Assembly: GCA_051530055.1 (NCBI GenBank)
Contig: CM121341.1
Coordinates: 14,114,784 to 14,178,783, forward strand
DNA: 64,000 bases
Direction of reading: 5' to 3'
Origin: Neoechinorhynchus agilis
Lineage: Eukaryota > Animalia > Acanthocephala
Below are positions 21,201 through 35,046 of this stretch, piece after piece; the stretch's first letter is position 1; every line of letters begins with the position of its first letter. The position numbers and the translations under genes were made by a program. Under the pieces are notes generated by a model, which saw only the letters and a program-made list of their open reading frames with translations, had not been told where the DNA came from and ran no database searches.

Positions 21201-24200
21201 AATCATTTGAATTTATTAACGGTTGCTGATCTTGTATACTTGAACTTACGGTAAATGCATAATCTAGGGAAGCGCTGTTAAGTTCGGAATCAAATATGGG
21301 TACATCTCGTCCTCCGAATCTCATCCTTACGCTATACCTTCCGGGTGTCATCGGAGTGAATGTAACATCCTGAATACCATTTGCCCGATCTTCAATACAA
21401 ACATTTCTAAGTGGTTCGCTCGTAATGACGTTCTTAACTTCAGCCCACAGACGTCCATTTCCGGCTTGCCTTGTATCAATAAGAATAGAAGAGCGTTCAT
21501 TGATGGGAACCGAATGCTTTAGGCCATTGATAACCTTGACTTTCGTTGGATCACCAGTCGATTCGGCCCTTATTGCAATGGGTGACTGCGGAATTGGGTT
21601 TCCGTTGAAGTTTACGTACACATTATATCGTCCGGGAAGATCTGGAGTGTAATTGATTCGCGTGTGGTAATCACCTAACCGACTTACGTCCGTATCGATG
21701 AGAGTACCACCTGTTCCTTTTATTCGCACGTCTATTCCATCACTTGGATACCCGGCAGCGTCAGTATGAACATCGAAGTGCGTCGGAATCGAAGCGAGGA
21801 CACCTGATGAAGATACACCGGGACCGCTTACCTTAACCTTAGTTGGATCATACTTTTTATGAACCATACAATCAAATGGGCTATTAGGCACTTCTTCACT
21901 CGACCAACGAACATCAAACCGATGCATGCCCTCGGATAAAGGAGTAAATTCCGCTTTATAACCGGTTGGGTGATTAAATCCGGGTCTAAGTGGGAGGGGA
22001 CTCGTTATCAAGGACTTCTTACGCGTTCTACTGTCCACCACGGTAATCACTGGTGTTCCAGGTCCAGCACCATCAGACCCATCAACTATTATAGTCTGAG
22101 GAACGCTAACTCGCATAGGTTCATCTGGAAACTTTACTTTTACTTTACTAGCATCCACGGGATCTACACACTCAATTGAGAAAGGGGAATTTGGAATGTG
22201 TTCTCCTGCGAATTTAATACTTAAAGTATAAACTCCTGATTTTGTGGGAGTGTAAGCCATGACGCATCGATCATCTACATGTTCGACACAATAAAGACCG
22301 GCTTCGCTAGGTCCTTCGATGAGCATATTTAGACCACCTTCACCTGTTTCAATGGTCTCCACCGTAAAATTAGTCGTTTTATTCGTCTCGGCTCGAATTA
22401 ATCCATCTCCGTAGGCACGAGCAGAAGATGGTTTGCTCTGAGTGGCGGACGACATTATTGGAACATTAAAGGGATTTCCAAATACACCACAAGAGTTATC
22501 ATCAATCAAACGAATATCAACGCGAACCAAAGAACAAGACGGATGTGTCGGAACTCTATACTTCACGTCATGAACAAAACTTGAAGATCGATTTGTGACT
22601 TCGGACGGAATTGACACTATTTCACGTCCGGATTCATCTAGTCCAACAATTTCGACGTGGATTTTTGTGCTAGGAAAATTGCACTGACTTGTGTCCACGC
22701 TGAAATGCGCCGGCGTACCTGGCCGGATTCCACTGTGCTCGTCAATTCCCGGTCCGAACGCACTCGCCAAAGCCGGAATGGGTTTTACGGTTGGGCAAAA
22801 TGGCGAGCCAGGAATATCAACACCATTGTACGTGATATTGATGTAGTAGGGCGACTGTGGAAGCGACGGCATCGATGGTCTGTAGGTTACAAGGCAGGTA
22901 CCATCTTGATTGTCGACGTATTCTATCGGAGTCTCCGAAGGACCTTCTATTGTTACCTTTAGTTGCCCATCTGGAGATGAGCCACGGGTATCAACAGTAA
23001 ATTTGGCCGTTGTGTTTACTATTGCTTCATGAAGGCCTGTCCCATACGCTCGTGGTGCCTCGATTTTCTGAACCGAAGATTTTCTGGATTCAGTTTGTGC
23101 AATAACTGGACTGCATAAGGGGATATTATGAGCCATCGGCTGGACTAAATAGGGTCCTGGACCAGACGCGTTAAATGATATACTAGCTGTATCCGGACCG
23201 ACCATATCAATTGAAACTGGAGAATCATTTCCATGCGGTTGACTGACTTTTGCACTAATCGCACTGGGCTCCAATCCAGCACTTCTTATTCCGTGGATTA
23301 AAACCTCCTTTCGGTTACTAGACGAAAGATTGTCCTGGCATTCCGTCTGAATCTGACTCAAGTCCGGTTGTGCATAAATAGGCATTGGACTTTGTGGGAC
23401 CTCTTCACCCGCGTATACAACACTAGCCAAATGCGGACCTGCTGATGTCGGCCTAAAGCCAACAAAGTACTGTCCTGGTTCGAGTTTGATATCTGCTTGA
23501 ACTTCACCCATTGGACGTAAATGGTCGCTTATATTAAGAGGAACATCGTCGTGGTTTGGATCGGTAACGGCAACAGCAACGTCCCCTGGTCCAGCATCAC
23601 GACAGTCGACAACGAAGAATGTTTCCTTGTTTACTTGAACACCATCTTCAAGTCCAGGTCCATACACCTTTACTCTCTGGGGGTCACATGATTCTCGTAC
23701 TTGGACCTTGAAAGGTGAACCGTCAACTCCAATTTGACCGTAACTCACGGTCACGGAATGAGACGAAGCAGCCAGCGGTACATACTTGCAAGTGTACGTC
23801 CCATTCTTGTTGTCAATTACAATGACATCAACCATTTGATATTCGCCATCAATACAAGATACTTTAAGATTCCCTGGTCCTGCGAGGTGAGTATCTACGG
23901 TGAACTCACTTGTTTTCCCCACAATCTGTGTCTGATTTGAATCTACACCTGGTCCATATACTCGAACTTTTATAGGTTCAAAACTCTCTCCGTATTGGGG
24001 AGCAGGATCAATCCACGCCATGTATGGAGAACTTGGTATGTCTTCGTCATTAGTACAAATATGAACCGCGTATTCACCTTGAGCGGTTGGCCAATATCTG
24101 ACTTTTGCTGATCCGTCACCATTGTCGCTACATTCTATTCGTGTTTCCGAAGGTCCTTCGATGGAGAATCCAAGTGTTCCGGTTTCGTCGTTTGTCTCAA

Positions 24201-26109
24201 CCATGAAATCCGCCGGTTGGCCCACAACACCTCCTTCCAACCCTGGTCCATAAGCACGAATCTTACTTTCCTTAAAAGGCGCAACCGTGACTTTAAAGGG
24301 ACTTTGAGGAATAGGATGTCCATCGTATAAAATGCTAACTTCATGTGGACCAGGTTTTTGTGGCACAAAAGCGCATTCAAAACTTTGTTGACTTGATTTT
24401 TGAGCTCTACAAGGCACCTCAAACAAATCAGGACCTTTTACAGAAACCTTAAGAGGATCTGATCCTGCAGACGATCTTCCGGATGTCAATTGAGGTGTAA
24501 CGACAACAAAATCAGCCACGTCTCCTGTCCGTATTCCTTGAGGTTGAATTCCTCTTCCGTAAGCCCGGCACTGTTGAGCCAAAAATGAATCTGAGATCGC
24601 TGTAACAGCGTAAGGTGATTGAGGAACGCGAAGGATCTCAACGGTGTATATTCCCGCGTTTTTAGGCGTATACTCATACCGAACTTTTTGGGCTGACACT
24701 TGAAGAGCTTTCAGTGGTAAAGACTGTCCTGACGGATCGTACACGGTAGCCTCATTTGGACTTAATCTTCCTGTGTTTGTCTCAACTTCAAACCACGTAG
24801 ACTTTTTCACCGGTAGAGGAGTTGTTCCGATTCCTGGACCAGTTGCAGTTTTAATTATCCCCGTTTGTTGTCCATTCGATAGAAATAAGTCAGCTTCTCC
24901 AGTAACCAATGTAGAAAATGGGGAACCTGGGACTTCCTGTTGACCATGTTTAACTATAATCTTGTGAGGGCCTTCCATCATAGGTGTGTAGACGCAATCA
25001 AATAAATCCCGGCTTCTTCTTTTGATATCGCAGTGTTCCTCGTGACCATGCGGATTAATCACTTTAACAGTAACTGGAAATCCTAGTCCAGTTTTGCTTA
25101 TATCGACATGAAAGTTAGCTGGCTCATTCACCCGGTTTCCGTCCGGATCTACACCGTCGCCAAAACATCTAGCCGGTCCTTGTGAAGCTGATAATTGTTG
25201 TGCGTCGATTGGAGATTGCGCCAGGGCTGATCTCGGTCTTAAGGGTGCTCCTGGTTTTAGTTTAGCCGTAGGGAATTGTGAGAGATAGGTCATCATGGAT
25301 CGGTCGTCGACATTTGGATCCACCATTTCTTCTGGTTTGATCAGTTGAGGAACACTTAACCATTCCTCAGCAAGGTCCATGGCGCTTTTCGCATTTTGAA
25401 GAGGCCTACGAGGATCTTGTGTTTCCCAGTCAGGATAAAGTCCAGGAGCGCAGGCGTCTACGAGCGCTCCAATGGCTTTTCCGTCATTCCAATCAGTAGT
25501 AAAGTTATTCACTGGAAGATTAGGAGGCACCATGTTTTTGACCCAATTCATCAGCTTCTGCTTAGGTGTTGGATCTTTGCCTGGAATGTCATCATCAACC
25601 GGAATGTATTCCCATGTTGACAGTTGGATGCTGTAATGAAGAATCAGTGTCCATATGAGACCTAAAATGAGTTTTAATCGTCCGTCGACGATATGACTGG
25701 CGTCGATGTTGACCAGCTTGATTCGTTCGACGTTTTCTAGGAAATCTAAAGCCACAGAAACGTTTTCAAGTTTCTGACTGCGAAATGAAGGTCTTCGGTT
25801 GTGTCGAGGGAGCTTCCGCTGTGATAGTACTTCAATAAGCGCGATAAGAGCTAATCCGTCCGATAGATCGAATTGGAGGTCAGTGACTGGTCTGTTAATG
25901 AGTTTTAGGTGTTCATTGGCCCACCGTGTGAATGTATTCTGTTGAATACGTTTCCAAGGAGCATCATCGCCTAGCTCCCGCTGCATTTCATCGGCGTACT
26001 CTTCTTCTGTCCGGTCGAATTCGGGAATTTCATCTTCCATTGGTGAGAGGGGAGGGCTTTTTTGAGGAGAGGGGCTCGATGATCCATTATAATCTGCAGT
26101 CGTTGTCAT
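18216..26109 (-). CDS. FLN: Filamin (CH1-CH2 actin-binding domain + Ig-like repeats), ~2610 aa, 2 coding exons
   Basis: [20 protein letters not shown] and [17 protein letters not shown] (ABD), many G.GL...GSPF repeats. Exon 26109-18489, intron 18488-18422 (GTTAGT...TTTCAG), exon 18421-18216 encoding the dimerisation repeat (MLMVGMHG...[18 protein letters not shown]). Confidence 0.98.
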
Positions 26110-27032
26110 TGATCATACGTCTTAAATTCGAAAAAGAAGAGGACAATGTTGAATGTCTACTTGGTGATAAAAGATTCGTGTTCGTACACGGGAAGAGGTG
26201 ACCTCGACAAACGAGAACTACCATAAAAAGACATCCCCAGTTAGACAATGCGGCGCTGGTACTTCATCGCTTGCACACACACCAAGAGCGAATGTGCTTC
26301 GGTGGTTCGGTACGATCGAATTATGCAACCAGAAAGCGATATGTGAACACAAGGATGAGAAACGAGACTAGACAACAACTAGAATGCCAAAACCCTCTAG
26401 ATTTACAAAAGTTTTGATCGGTGGTTCACTGAGTGAACGAACACATCCACCAACACGCACTGTTCACTCGTGCAAATGACGAACGAATGCCGTAGTGCCA
26501 CCGTCGAAGGAGTTCGATTGATTCATCGGACCTTTTGAAGGCAATGCTGTAGACACTCGTCGATATCGTGTTCCATTTAGAAATTTTAAAGTACAAATTA
26601 GGTCATCTGCGATCTCAAAGAGATTTTAGTAGGCAACGTTGAAGATCGACTCACACTAAGTATGTAGCGTGTTGAACCCAAACGCGGCCTCCTACGTGTC
26701 GACCCGGGTCAAGGAGTAAAGCTTTCGACGGGCGTGAAGTACCAAGCGAGGGACCCATTGGAATTTTCGCTTGCGGAAGCTTTGCTTATCTCGAAAAGGG
26801 TAAAAAGTGAGACTGATAATCGAAGGAGGGGAATACCAACATACGAAGCGTTATGGTGCTTAACCAACGGGACGAATTGACTTCCTGAACCTTTGTAGAT
26901 CGCGTGTTTCTTAGGACCCCGAAGAAGGAGTAAAACTGTGAAATATCGGTCAAAAATAAACGGTTGTTTTCAACTGCTTAACTTGCTTAAATAAGGACAA
27001 TCGAAAAGAACTTTAATAAGTGAAAAGAAAAA

Positions 27033-27428
27033 TTGAGGTATTTGAGTCCTAAGTCTATAAAAAAAATGACTAAAAAGTTTGATAAAAACGGGCACCATAT
27101 TTTTAGCAACAAAAATTTTTGTGCCTTTACTTCCAAAAGCGACAAAAGTGAATTTTACGAATGTAGAACAGAAATGAAGGATCACATATCCGGACTGTTG
27201 ATGCATGACGGTACCGAGTGGAAGGACGTGCCTTTTAGCTATGTTATCGTCTTAGCATTTAAAGAAAAGTATTGTACGTGCGGAGAAGATAAGTGCCGTA
27301 GGTGCAGTTTAGTGCTGAAGGCGAATAGTCGTAGCACGCCCGTTCCCATTGGTACAATCATCTTGAATAACATAGAACGTTATTATGGATTTTGGGATTT
27401 GCGTCTTGAGCCTCAGTTAAATCAGTGA
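27033..27428 (+). other. Orphan ORF (131 codons, no upstream in-frame ATG before 27066), Cys cluster CxC-x4-CxxC
   Basis: Open frame with YCTCGEDKCRRC and no family recognised. Confidence 0.3.
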
Positions 27429-28449
27429 AAAAAATTGGCCCGGTAAAATCTTGGCATTATAATGAAACTTTCGACTCGTGTTCATTTGTATAGCTGAGAT
27501 TGGCTCGATCTTTTGACCTTTAGTCCTTCTATGTAATTTGCCGCCCGAGACAAAACTGACTTGACAAGCGAAAATAATTTATGATTTCGATCTAGATAAA
27601 GCCGCATACAACGAAAAAATAACTTCTTTATCTCGGGAAATCGCTACCATGTCGATCATTCAGGTCATTTGTGTGGCAGTTCAGTGGGAATTTCTCTTAA
27701 TGGCACCATTTCGGCTTATGCATTATGAATAATAATGTCTTAAGCCGAATTACTGTCCTTGACCCCGATCAAAAACTTAAATTTCGCATCCGTTTTTTAG
27801 CCTAAAAACAAAACTTAGTCAAGGAACATTCCAACGAAAGGCGATTCTCGAAATCGGTAATGGTGCTGAGCACTAGGTCAATCCATTTAGAAGAAATCTT
27901 GCTCCATTTTAATCTTACATCAGAGGGGGAGCAGTTCGTCCAATAACTTATTTAAAATCTATCGATTCTCGAAGACTGTAAGTGTAGTCGAAAGGTAAGG
28001 AATACAGGACTCAATCGCGATTAGTGGCGTGCCACTACTTTTAGTCTCATATGCGCAAATTTTAAATCCTTATCAGTTTTCTTTTTATTGTCGAATTCGC
28101 TAGAACGATAAATGTTACGCTTACTATTTTTCGATCCGGTTACACTAAAGGCTAAAAAACGTGTATGTCCAATGTCTGTATCACGTTTTTCATACTGTCG
28201 AGGTGGTTAAATTTTGTTATTTTAAGGGATAAAATGGCCTTGATATTTCAAATCGTTGTATTAAAGGTGTAAAATTAGGTAAAGTGATAAATTCCGAGTC
28301 TGTTACTGTTTTGGCTTTGATATTTTATAAATGATAAAAATCAAGACACATAATTGTAGAGCTTCGATACACTGTCATATTAACTAAAACGACGGAGAAC
28401 GACTTTTCGCATTTAGTAAAGTGTTCATCTAGTAACTTTCTTGAGTCGT

Positions 28450-29110
28450 AGTTTAAAATGCTATTTTCAGAGCCAGGCTATAGCATCAGCGAGCAATCGG
28501 ATATCGCTGGTGCATCTTCTTCCCCTCCCAGCCATTCCCCTGCAGAAAATAAGCGCATGGATACAAGCACACTTTTATGTGTTTGCAGTCTGTGGCATAA
28601 TCGGGGAAGATCTTATTAAGAACAGTGACATTCTCGTGGCGGCGACAGTTTACCTTCTACGAATCGAAGACGCTGGTGTCTACTTGGGTTTTCTTTTAAA
28701 TTCTGTCTTACAAAGCACTATCCCTGCTTTTTTAGCCTCCAGAAATCCCAACTGATAATGTATAAAAGTACTGGATTATGGATCACAGAAACAAAAAAGA
28801 GGTGATGGTGGCGGTATTCGTTTTTCAGAGGGAATATGAGTAAACTGGCGTGTGTGTCATATTTGAGGTGGAGGAGGGTTTAAAAAATGCGATTTCGTCT
28901 GAGGTTTCTTTGCGAGACGTCGCGCTTTGGCGAGACCCTTGATCTTAACTTTGTGGCCACAAATGTCACATTCGACCAAATGAGTGGACGGCACTTTGCA
29001 CGTAGACGAATAGTGTCGGTTTGCATCAACAAACATAATCCTGTGAAATTGAGACGGACACGAGATGGTCTAGAGGGTACATTCGTTTTTAGGTCTAATA
29101 ACATCTACTT
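28450..29110 (-). mobile_element. Possible degenerate N-terminal (zinc-finger) region of a CRE-like element
   Basis: Minus frame with stops: ISCPSQFHRIM...HYSSTC...VECDICGHKVKIKGLAK, followed by a Pro-rich linker. Confidence 0.35.
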
Positions 29111-30300
29111 TTGTAATCGATGATTTTTCAGATATTTCGATTGGAGCACACGAACACAATGGGCACTCAAGAGCAAATTACGGAGATGAGCCTTTTACGA
29201 TAAAGTGTGCTTATGATAATTTCAGTAGTTAATTTTTTGTGCATACCTCTTTGAAGTTTTCTTGGGCCATTTAGAGGTGTTCATAAACCCAGCTTTAAAT
29301 GATTGGTTGAAGTCCAGAATAATAAATAATTTGGATTTTTAAGCATTCCGACTAGTTAGCCTGTTAATCTCATTTAAACGGAATCATTTTTTTCGAATTG
29401 TGCCGAAAAGTGAGTATCAAAAGAGAGTTATGTCTAAAACCATTTTTTGTGGATGGTCTTGGAACGATTAGCGTTTAGGTAAAAAATGCTCACGAACATT
29501 ATCTCGTACAGAGTTCCATAATTGTCCTAAAACGTGTCCGAATCTTAACTAATGTGCACATATGGAAAATCAGGGAACATCGTGGTTCAATCCGCAGTTC
29601 ATAAGAATGCTCAACTTATCAAAGACTTGAATATAATTAGCATATTCCCAGAATTCACTGTTACTGTGTTGGTTAAAGTTCTAACGAATAAAGAATCATG
29701 GGACGGAATACAAGAGCGAAATCTACCATAATTTGAAATCGTTCAGTACAAGAACATGCGGTGACTTAGTGTTATATTCTGTTCCAACAAGCAAACTGCA
29801 ATGTAGCCGTTAGGTAAGCTTGTACGAAATATGAACAAAACATTTGTACTCAACACAAAGAATCGCTACCTAATTTAACAGAAACGAATACGGTTTGTAA
29901 CCCTTTTTCTGACAATGTTTTGTTGTTCAAGTATAAAGCCTTCAAACATAATGCACAGATGCGTTCATTACATGTAATTTTTTTAATCTGAAAGGAAAGA
30001 TGCTTTGCCAGCTATGGAATAAACGATTTAATAGTTCAAATAGTCGATACATGCAGCAATACGTGGCTTCGGGTGACTTGGAATATCCTCTTATCGATTT
30101 TATGGGATGGCGAATTCGGTCGGGGTAATTACTTTTCGTTAATGGTTCGATAAAGAATTAAACAATATTATGTATATCAACAGCGACATAATCTATGAAG
30201 AGTTAATAAGAAACGAGTTTCAAGAAAAGATCAGCATTTAAACCGTGTCCATAATTCTTCACGTTTATCGTTTCTTAGCTTGACCTAACAGAGATTTATT

Positions 30301-30810
30301 AAAACCTTTACGAAAAGTAATGAAAACAATGAATTTCTGTATCATTATACCACAGCTACAATGCTATATTTTACGTTTTCGATTTCAATTAAATGCACGT
30401 TAAGGTATTAAACATGTCATATCTGGCCAAAAGCTTATCCTGCATTTAATCTAAATAGCGAGATTTTGTTGATCTAAGTCACAAGTTGCCTAAAAAGACG
30501 AATTTCAAATACGAATCTAGCGTTGTTGCACAAAAAGATTTTCGCGGAGGTATTTAATCCTTTAAGAAAGGTAACGAAAAGAATAGATTTCTGCATATTT
30601 CCAACAGCTACGAGGCTATATTTTAAGTTTTAGATTTCAATTAAATGCACGTTAAGGTCTTAAACGCGTAATATCTGACCAAACGCACATCCTGCTTTTA
30701 ATTTAAAGAACGAAATTTTGCTGGTCGAAGTAACGAGTTGCCTAAAAAACGTATTTCGAATACGAATTTGGCGTCGTTGCACAAAAAAATTCGCGGAGGT
30801 ATTAAAATCG
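30301..30810. repeat. Tandem duplication, ~255-bp unit x2
   Basis: acagctac...gctatatttta.gtttt.gatttcaattaaatgcacgttaaggt and gttgcacaaaaa...ttcgcggaggtatt recur about 255 bp apart. Confidence 0.9.
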
Positions 30811-31149
30811 ATTCCAAAAAGTATTCATATAGTAACATACTAATAGTCCGAACTTTACATTATTGCAGCTCTTGAACGCCGGATTCAGCGCTACTCGAAA
30901 AGTATAGAGAAATGAGAATTGCGCGTTGAATGTCACCATAGTGCCACAATTGTTTTACCATAAGATGTAGTTACCATCCTCACGCGTTACTCATTTATAT
31001 CTTTGAAAAATTATAAAATGGTACGCAGTACTGATTGGCAGATTAAATGTTATTGAGTGATGTGCTTGACTTCGTGTGAAATTGCCTTGCATTATAGAAA
31101 ATATTTCTTTATGGCGAATTACTTTTATCGTGGGAATAGATGGATACCA

Positions 31150-31630
31150 TCAAATAACGCTTTATATTTTTTCGTTAGGAGCCTTTAGCGACTTAGCCTG
31201 GATTAGCTTTGATTAACTTACAGTATGATCTTCCAATATTTCGAAACTCCTTTCGTTGCATATTATTCATCTTTCGCAATATTGTCCTCGATACCCATTA
31301 CAGCCACATAGAAATTAATATTATTAAATTTTCGGCCATCAGCTGGGGTAATCCTCAGAATTTAAATAGATACAAACACATGCACGTACTCGTTAATTTA
31401 TGTATATAATTGTCGATTGATGTTGATTTATAAATTTTTTTATTAGAAGGTGTAAAGGATCGTTGTGATCCCTTCATTCCTTTTATTGATTGAAGGTGAA
31501 TGTTTTTTATAAGAATAGCTTCGAGGATTCCGAGTTCTTCGCAAGTCCTCGCCCTTGCTAATACTTGCGTATTGTAGATTATTTCTTGTTTCAATATTCT
31601 TTTTTATGTTTCTCCTCGAAATGGGTTCTT
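31150..31630 (-). mobile_element. PLE 3' end / pLTR with degenerate hammerhead (31323-31361)
   Basis: NTQVLARARTCEELGILEAILIK (GIY-YIG tail), then CUGAGGA U...UGGCC GAAA AUUU. It is the reverse complement of 35810-36115 plus 36700-36780. Confidence 0.8.
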
Positions 31631-31682
31631 ATTGTTCCTCAGGGTGTTGGTCAGTCTCTCTCTTTTAATGTTAAGGTAGTAT

Positions 31683-34600
31683 TGTATTGTATGCAACGGT
31701 ACTTTCCACGTTGCACCGTAGGTATAAGCCCGTCAGATAGAAATAGACTCCGCAAGGGATCTAAAATACACGACAGCAATCCTGTTATGTGGGCAATTCG
31801 ATTCTCTTAAAATCAGGTCATCGTATGTACGACAGTTCCCTTTGCCTTTACGATACAATGTCGTTGGCTTCCAGAAAAGGAACTGTTGCACGACCTGTGG
31901 GCAAGATGCCTCGGACCGAATTATATTGCCCGTGAACTGCAGTCGTCTGCGGCGCAAATATTCACTGGCGGTTGGACTCCGGCTCTCTTATACAGTGCTT
32001 TGTTGGTCACTTTATCTGACCATCTGGCCTTGAACGCCGCACGTAAGAGAGATGAATGATTTTGGTCCAACAGCCTCATAGCCGTTGGTGACAGTCCAGG
32101 TCTCTGCATTGTAGTAAAGAATACTCTCAATTAAAGTCCTGAACAGCTGCGAACGGAGTTCATCAGGCAAAGACTCACTGTCAAACAGTGGTTTAAGTTG
32201 CCCCATTGCCCTCGAAGCTATAGTTGTCCGTCGGCTGACATCCGCACTCACCTCAGGAACGACAGCTCCCAGATAGACATACCGCTCTATCTGTTTTAAT
32301 TGCCCGACGCCATTCGGCCCTTCGCAAGAGACTGTATGCGCGACATGCGGAATCGTCAAAAATTCCGTCTTTTTCGAGTTGATGGTCAGACCAATCATAC
32401 TCGCCCTCTCGCACAGTCTATTTAGCATGCGTTGAGCTCCTACGACTGTTGAGGACATCAATACGATGTCGTCGGCATATGCCATGTAGGAGGCGCGTAT
32501 CTCAGGATACCTGCGACCTCTTTTCCTCAACAGAAGAAATCCATCTTCATCATTCGGTAGTGCCCATCTCATTACCCAATCAAGCACCAAGATGAAGAGG
32601 AAAGAAGCCATTGTGTCGCCCTGCAGAACACCTGAAGTGGTGGAAAAGTATTCTGTCAAACCGCCAGCTATCTTTACGGCGGACCGTGTGTTTTTATATA
32701 ATGCCATAACGGATGTAGCAATGATCGGCGGCACTCCATACTCCTTTAAGATACCGCCAATCATCGTTCGATTTACCGAATCGAAAGCTCGACGGAAATC
32801 AACAAATACCAGCGTCACATCCGTTTGATGAATTCGTGCCTCCTCGAGGATCCTCCTCAAAGCCAATATGTGCTCTGTGGTGCCTCGACCAATCCTGAAG
32901 CCGTTCTGTTCAATTCTTAGAAACGGTTCGAGGATTGGCTGAATTCGGCATCTCAAAATGCTGCTGAAAAGTTTTGCCGCGTTGGACATCAAAGATATAC
33001 CTCTGTAGCTCTCCACCTTTGTCGAGCAGCATTTCTTGGGGATCGTTGTTAAATGCGCCGTTTGCCAGATTTGAGGTACTGAGCCACCATTCATTATGCC
33101 ATTCATTATCGGTATGATTATTCTGGCAATAGATTCAAACCTCAGTACCTCTGCCATTATCCCATCTGGGCCTGATGCACGTCCCGCACGCATAATTTTC
33201 GCCGCAGCGATCGCTTCCTTCACGGAAATCGGTCCAGTGAAGTATGCTTCAGTGCTTGGGACGATTGTGCCTTTTGGAATTGCAGGACTCACTTCCAAAG
33301 ACGATAATGGCGAATTGAGAATTTACGCAAAATAATTTGCGATTATCTTTTTTCTGATTTCCGGGGAGGGACCTTCAATCAAAGTTGGCTGTCTTTGGGA
33401 TCTTCCTGTGGGAGTGTTTATCGCTCTCCATGCTAAGGAGGTACGAACAAAACCTTCCTTAAATGCGATCCCGCGAACTGCATCCTATATCGAAGCTTTT
33501 TGCTTTTAATTATAGAGGTTGGCAAGTTCAAGACTTGCAATGCGAGCCTCAGATCGTTTTCCTCTTTTTCTTAGAGTTTTGATCTGCTCAGCCATTGCCA
33601 TAAATTCACAGTCCTCCTGCCATATAACCTTTGCAGCTTTTATGCGCCTCATTTTTGGGAGGGTTTTCTCGGCCGCTTCGATCACTGCGTCGCAGATTGG
33701 CTTATAATAAAAATCAATATCCGTTTCAGCAGCTGGCATCGAGCTCAGTTGATTCTCTAGTTCGATATCGAACTCTTTCCTCTTCTCCTCATTAGCGAGG
33801 GCGCCATAGAACGGGCGTGGAGGATGCTGAGGCGTACGGAACAACGAGTCGTTCATGCTCAACTGACACATTACCAACTTGTGGTCGGTTGGCAGCCCAT
33901 CAACTGTGAATGTGTCAGCGTTATTGACCCGACATTTTTCCTTAAGTCTCAACAATATATGGTCAAGCTGAGCTAAGTGTCTCTTGGGATTTTTTCCCAT
34001 GGCATGTTTGGACGGATTCTTTTGACCCATAAACGTCGCCAAACGCCACGAACGCTTCCGGAATAAAGTGTTAGCAGACACGAGATCATTCCGCTCCAGC
34101 ACCTCAACCAAGTACCGGCTGTTCCGATTCTCGCCTTTCAACACATATAGCGATCTTTCGGAATGCGGTAAAATCGCGTTGAAGTCACCGGCTATTAGGA
34201 GGGTGTCTCTGTTCCGTACATCATCTAATGCTTCGGCTAGATTTCCATAAAATCCTTCAACCGCTTCTTCATCCGACGAGGAGGTCGGTGAATATACGCA
34301 AAAAGCATATAGATTTCTCGACCGAAGCTTTATGCTGACACGAAGGTTTCGGTCAGTTACAGTACTGCATAGTGCTGAGTTTCGAAGGCGGGGTGATAAA
34401 CAAACGCCTGCACCTCCATTTCCTCGACTGTCCGCAGATAGGTAACATAATGACCAGCCTCCTCCTAAATCCTCCTGATTTACGTCTGTGTCTGACTGGC
34501 TTCTTATGCGCAATTCTTGTAAAAAACACAAGATCCATTCTGGCGTCCCTTGCCAATTTGGCCAGGGTTCCCCTGCGCCATTGCGCTCGCAGACTCCTAC

Positions 34601-34945
34601 AATTTAAGGATCCGATTAGCTGGGTCAAAGGGCTCACGGCTGTCAGCGCCACCTGAACAGTCCGTACCCACCACGGTGATGAGCTTCGACTGACGCTTTC
34701 GTTGCTTCCGGCGACAGTTTCGCTCATTTCGACGCTCAAGTCGTCGGCGAGAGCTACGACGCCCTCGATTTTCCCGTTGCACTGTTGGATTTTGTTGCTC
34801 CTGTTCGCTGCCGCATCACCAAGTGGAGCGGCACACCGACCCCGCGTTGACAGGCTACTATCAGCAGCTGTCTGGCCGCCGGAGCTGCTTCTTTTACGTG
34901 ACCGACAAGAATCAGTAACATGAAGTCCGATCATCGTGAAAGAAA
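31683..34945 (-). mobile_element. Full-length RTE-clade LINE, decayed, 13-bp TSD
   Basis: TSD gttaaggtagtat at 31670-31682 and 34946-34958. APE motifs GSLNCRSL, LQE, GDFNA, LDHIL. RT motifs GPDGI, QNGFR.GRGT, DFRRAFDSV, GVLQGD, YMAYADDI. Tail (TACAA)n. Three in-frame stops and three frameshifts. Confidence 0.95.
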
Positions 34946-35046
34946 GTTAAGGTAGTATAACCAATATAACATTGCTCGCTGACCTGACATTGAGCGTGAG
35001 GGCATTTAAATTTTTATACCACTTCCGAGTAAGCCATGATTAAAAT

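Noticed and set aside
18884-25620. Numerous short ORFs overlapping filamin
   Set aside because: They are shadow ORFs of a long coding exon with no independent motifs.
26670-26730. HDV-like ribozyme (ggcc-tcctacgt-gtc)
   Set aside because: No P1 partner upstream, the P3/L3 geometry is wrong, and no J4/2-P2 closure was found.
34946-35040. HDV-like ribozyme expected at the RTE 5' end
   Set aside because: No nested double-pseudoknot could be built in the 5' region or flank.
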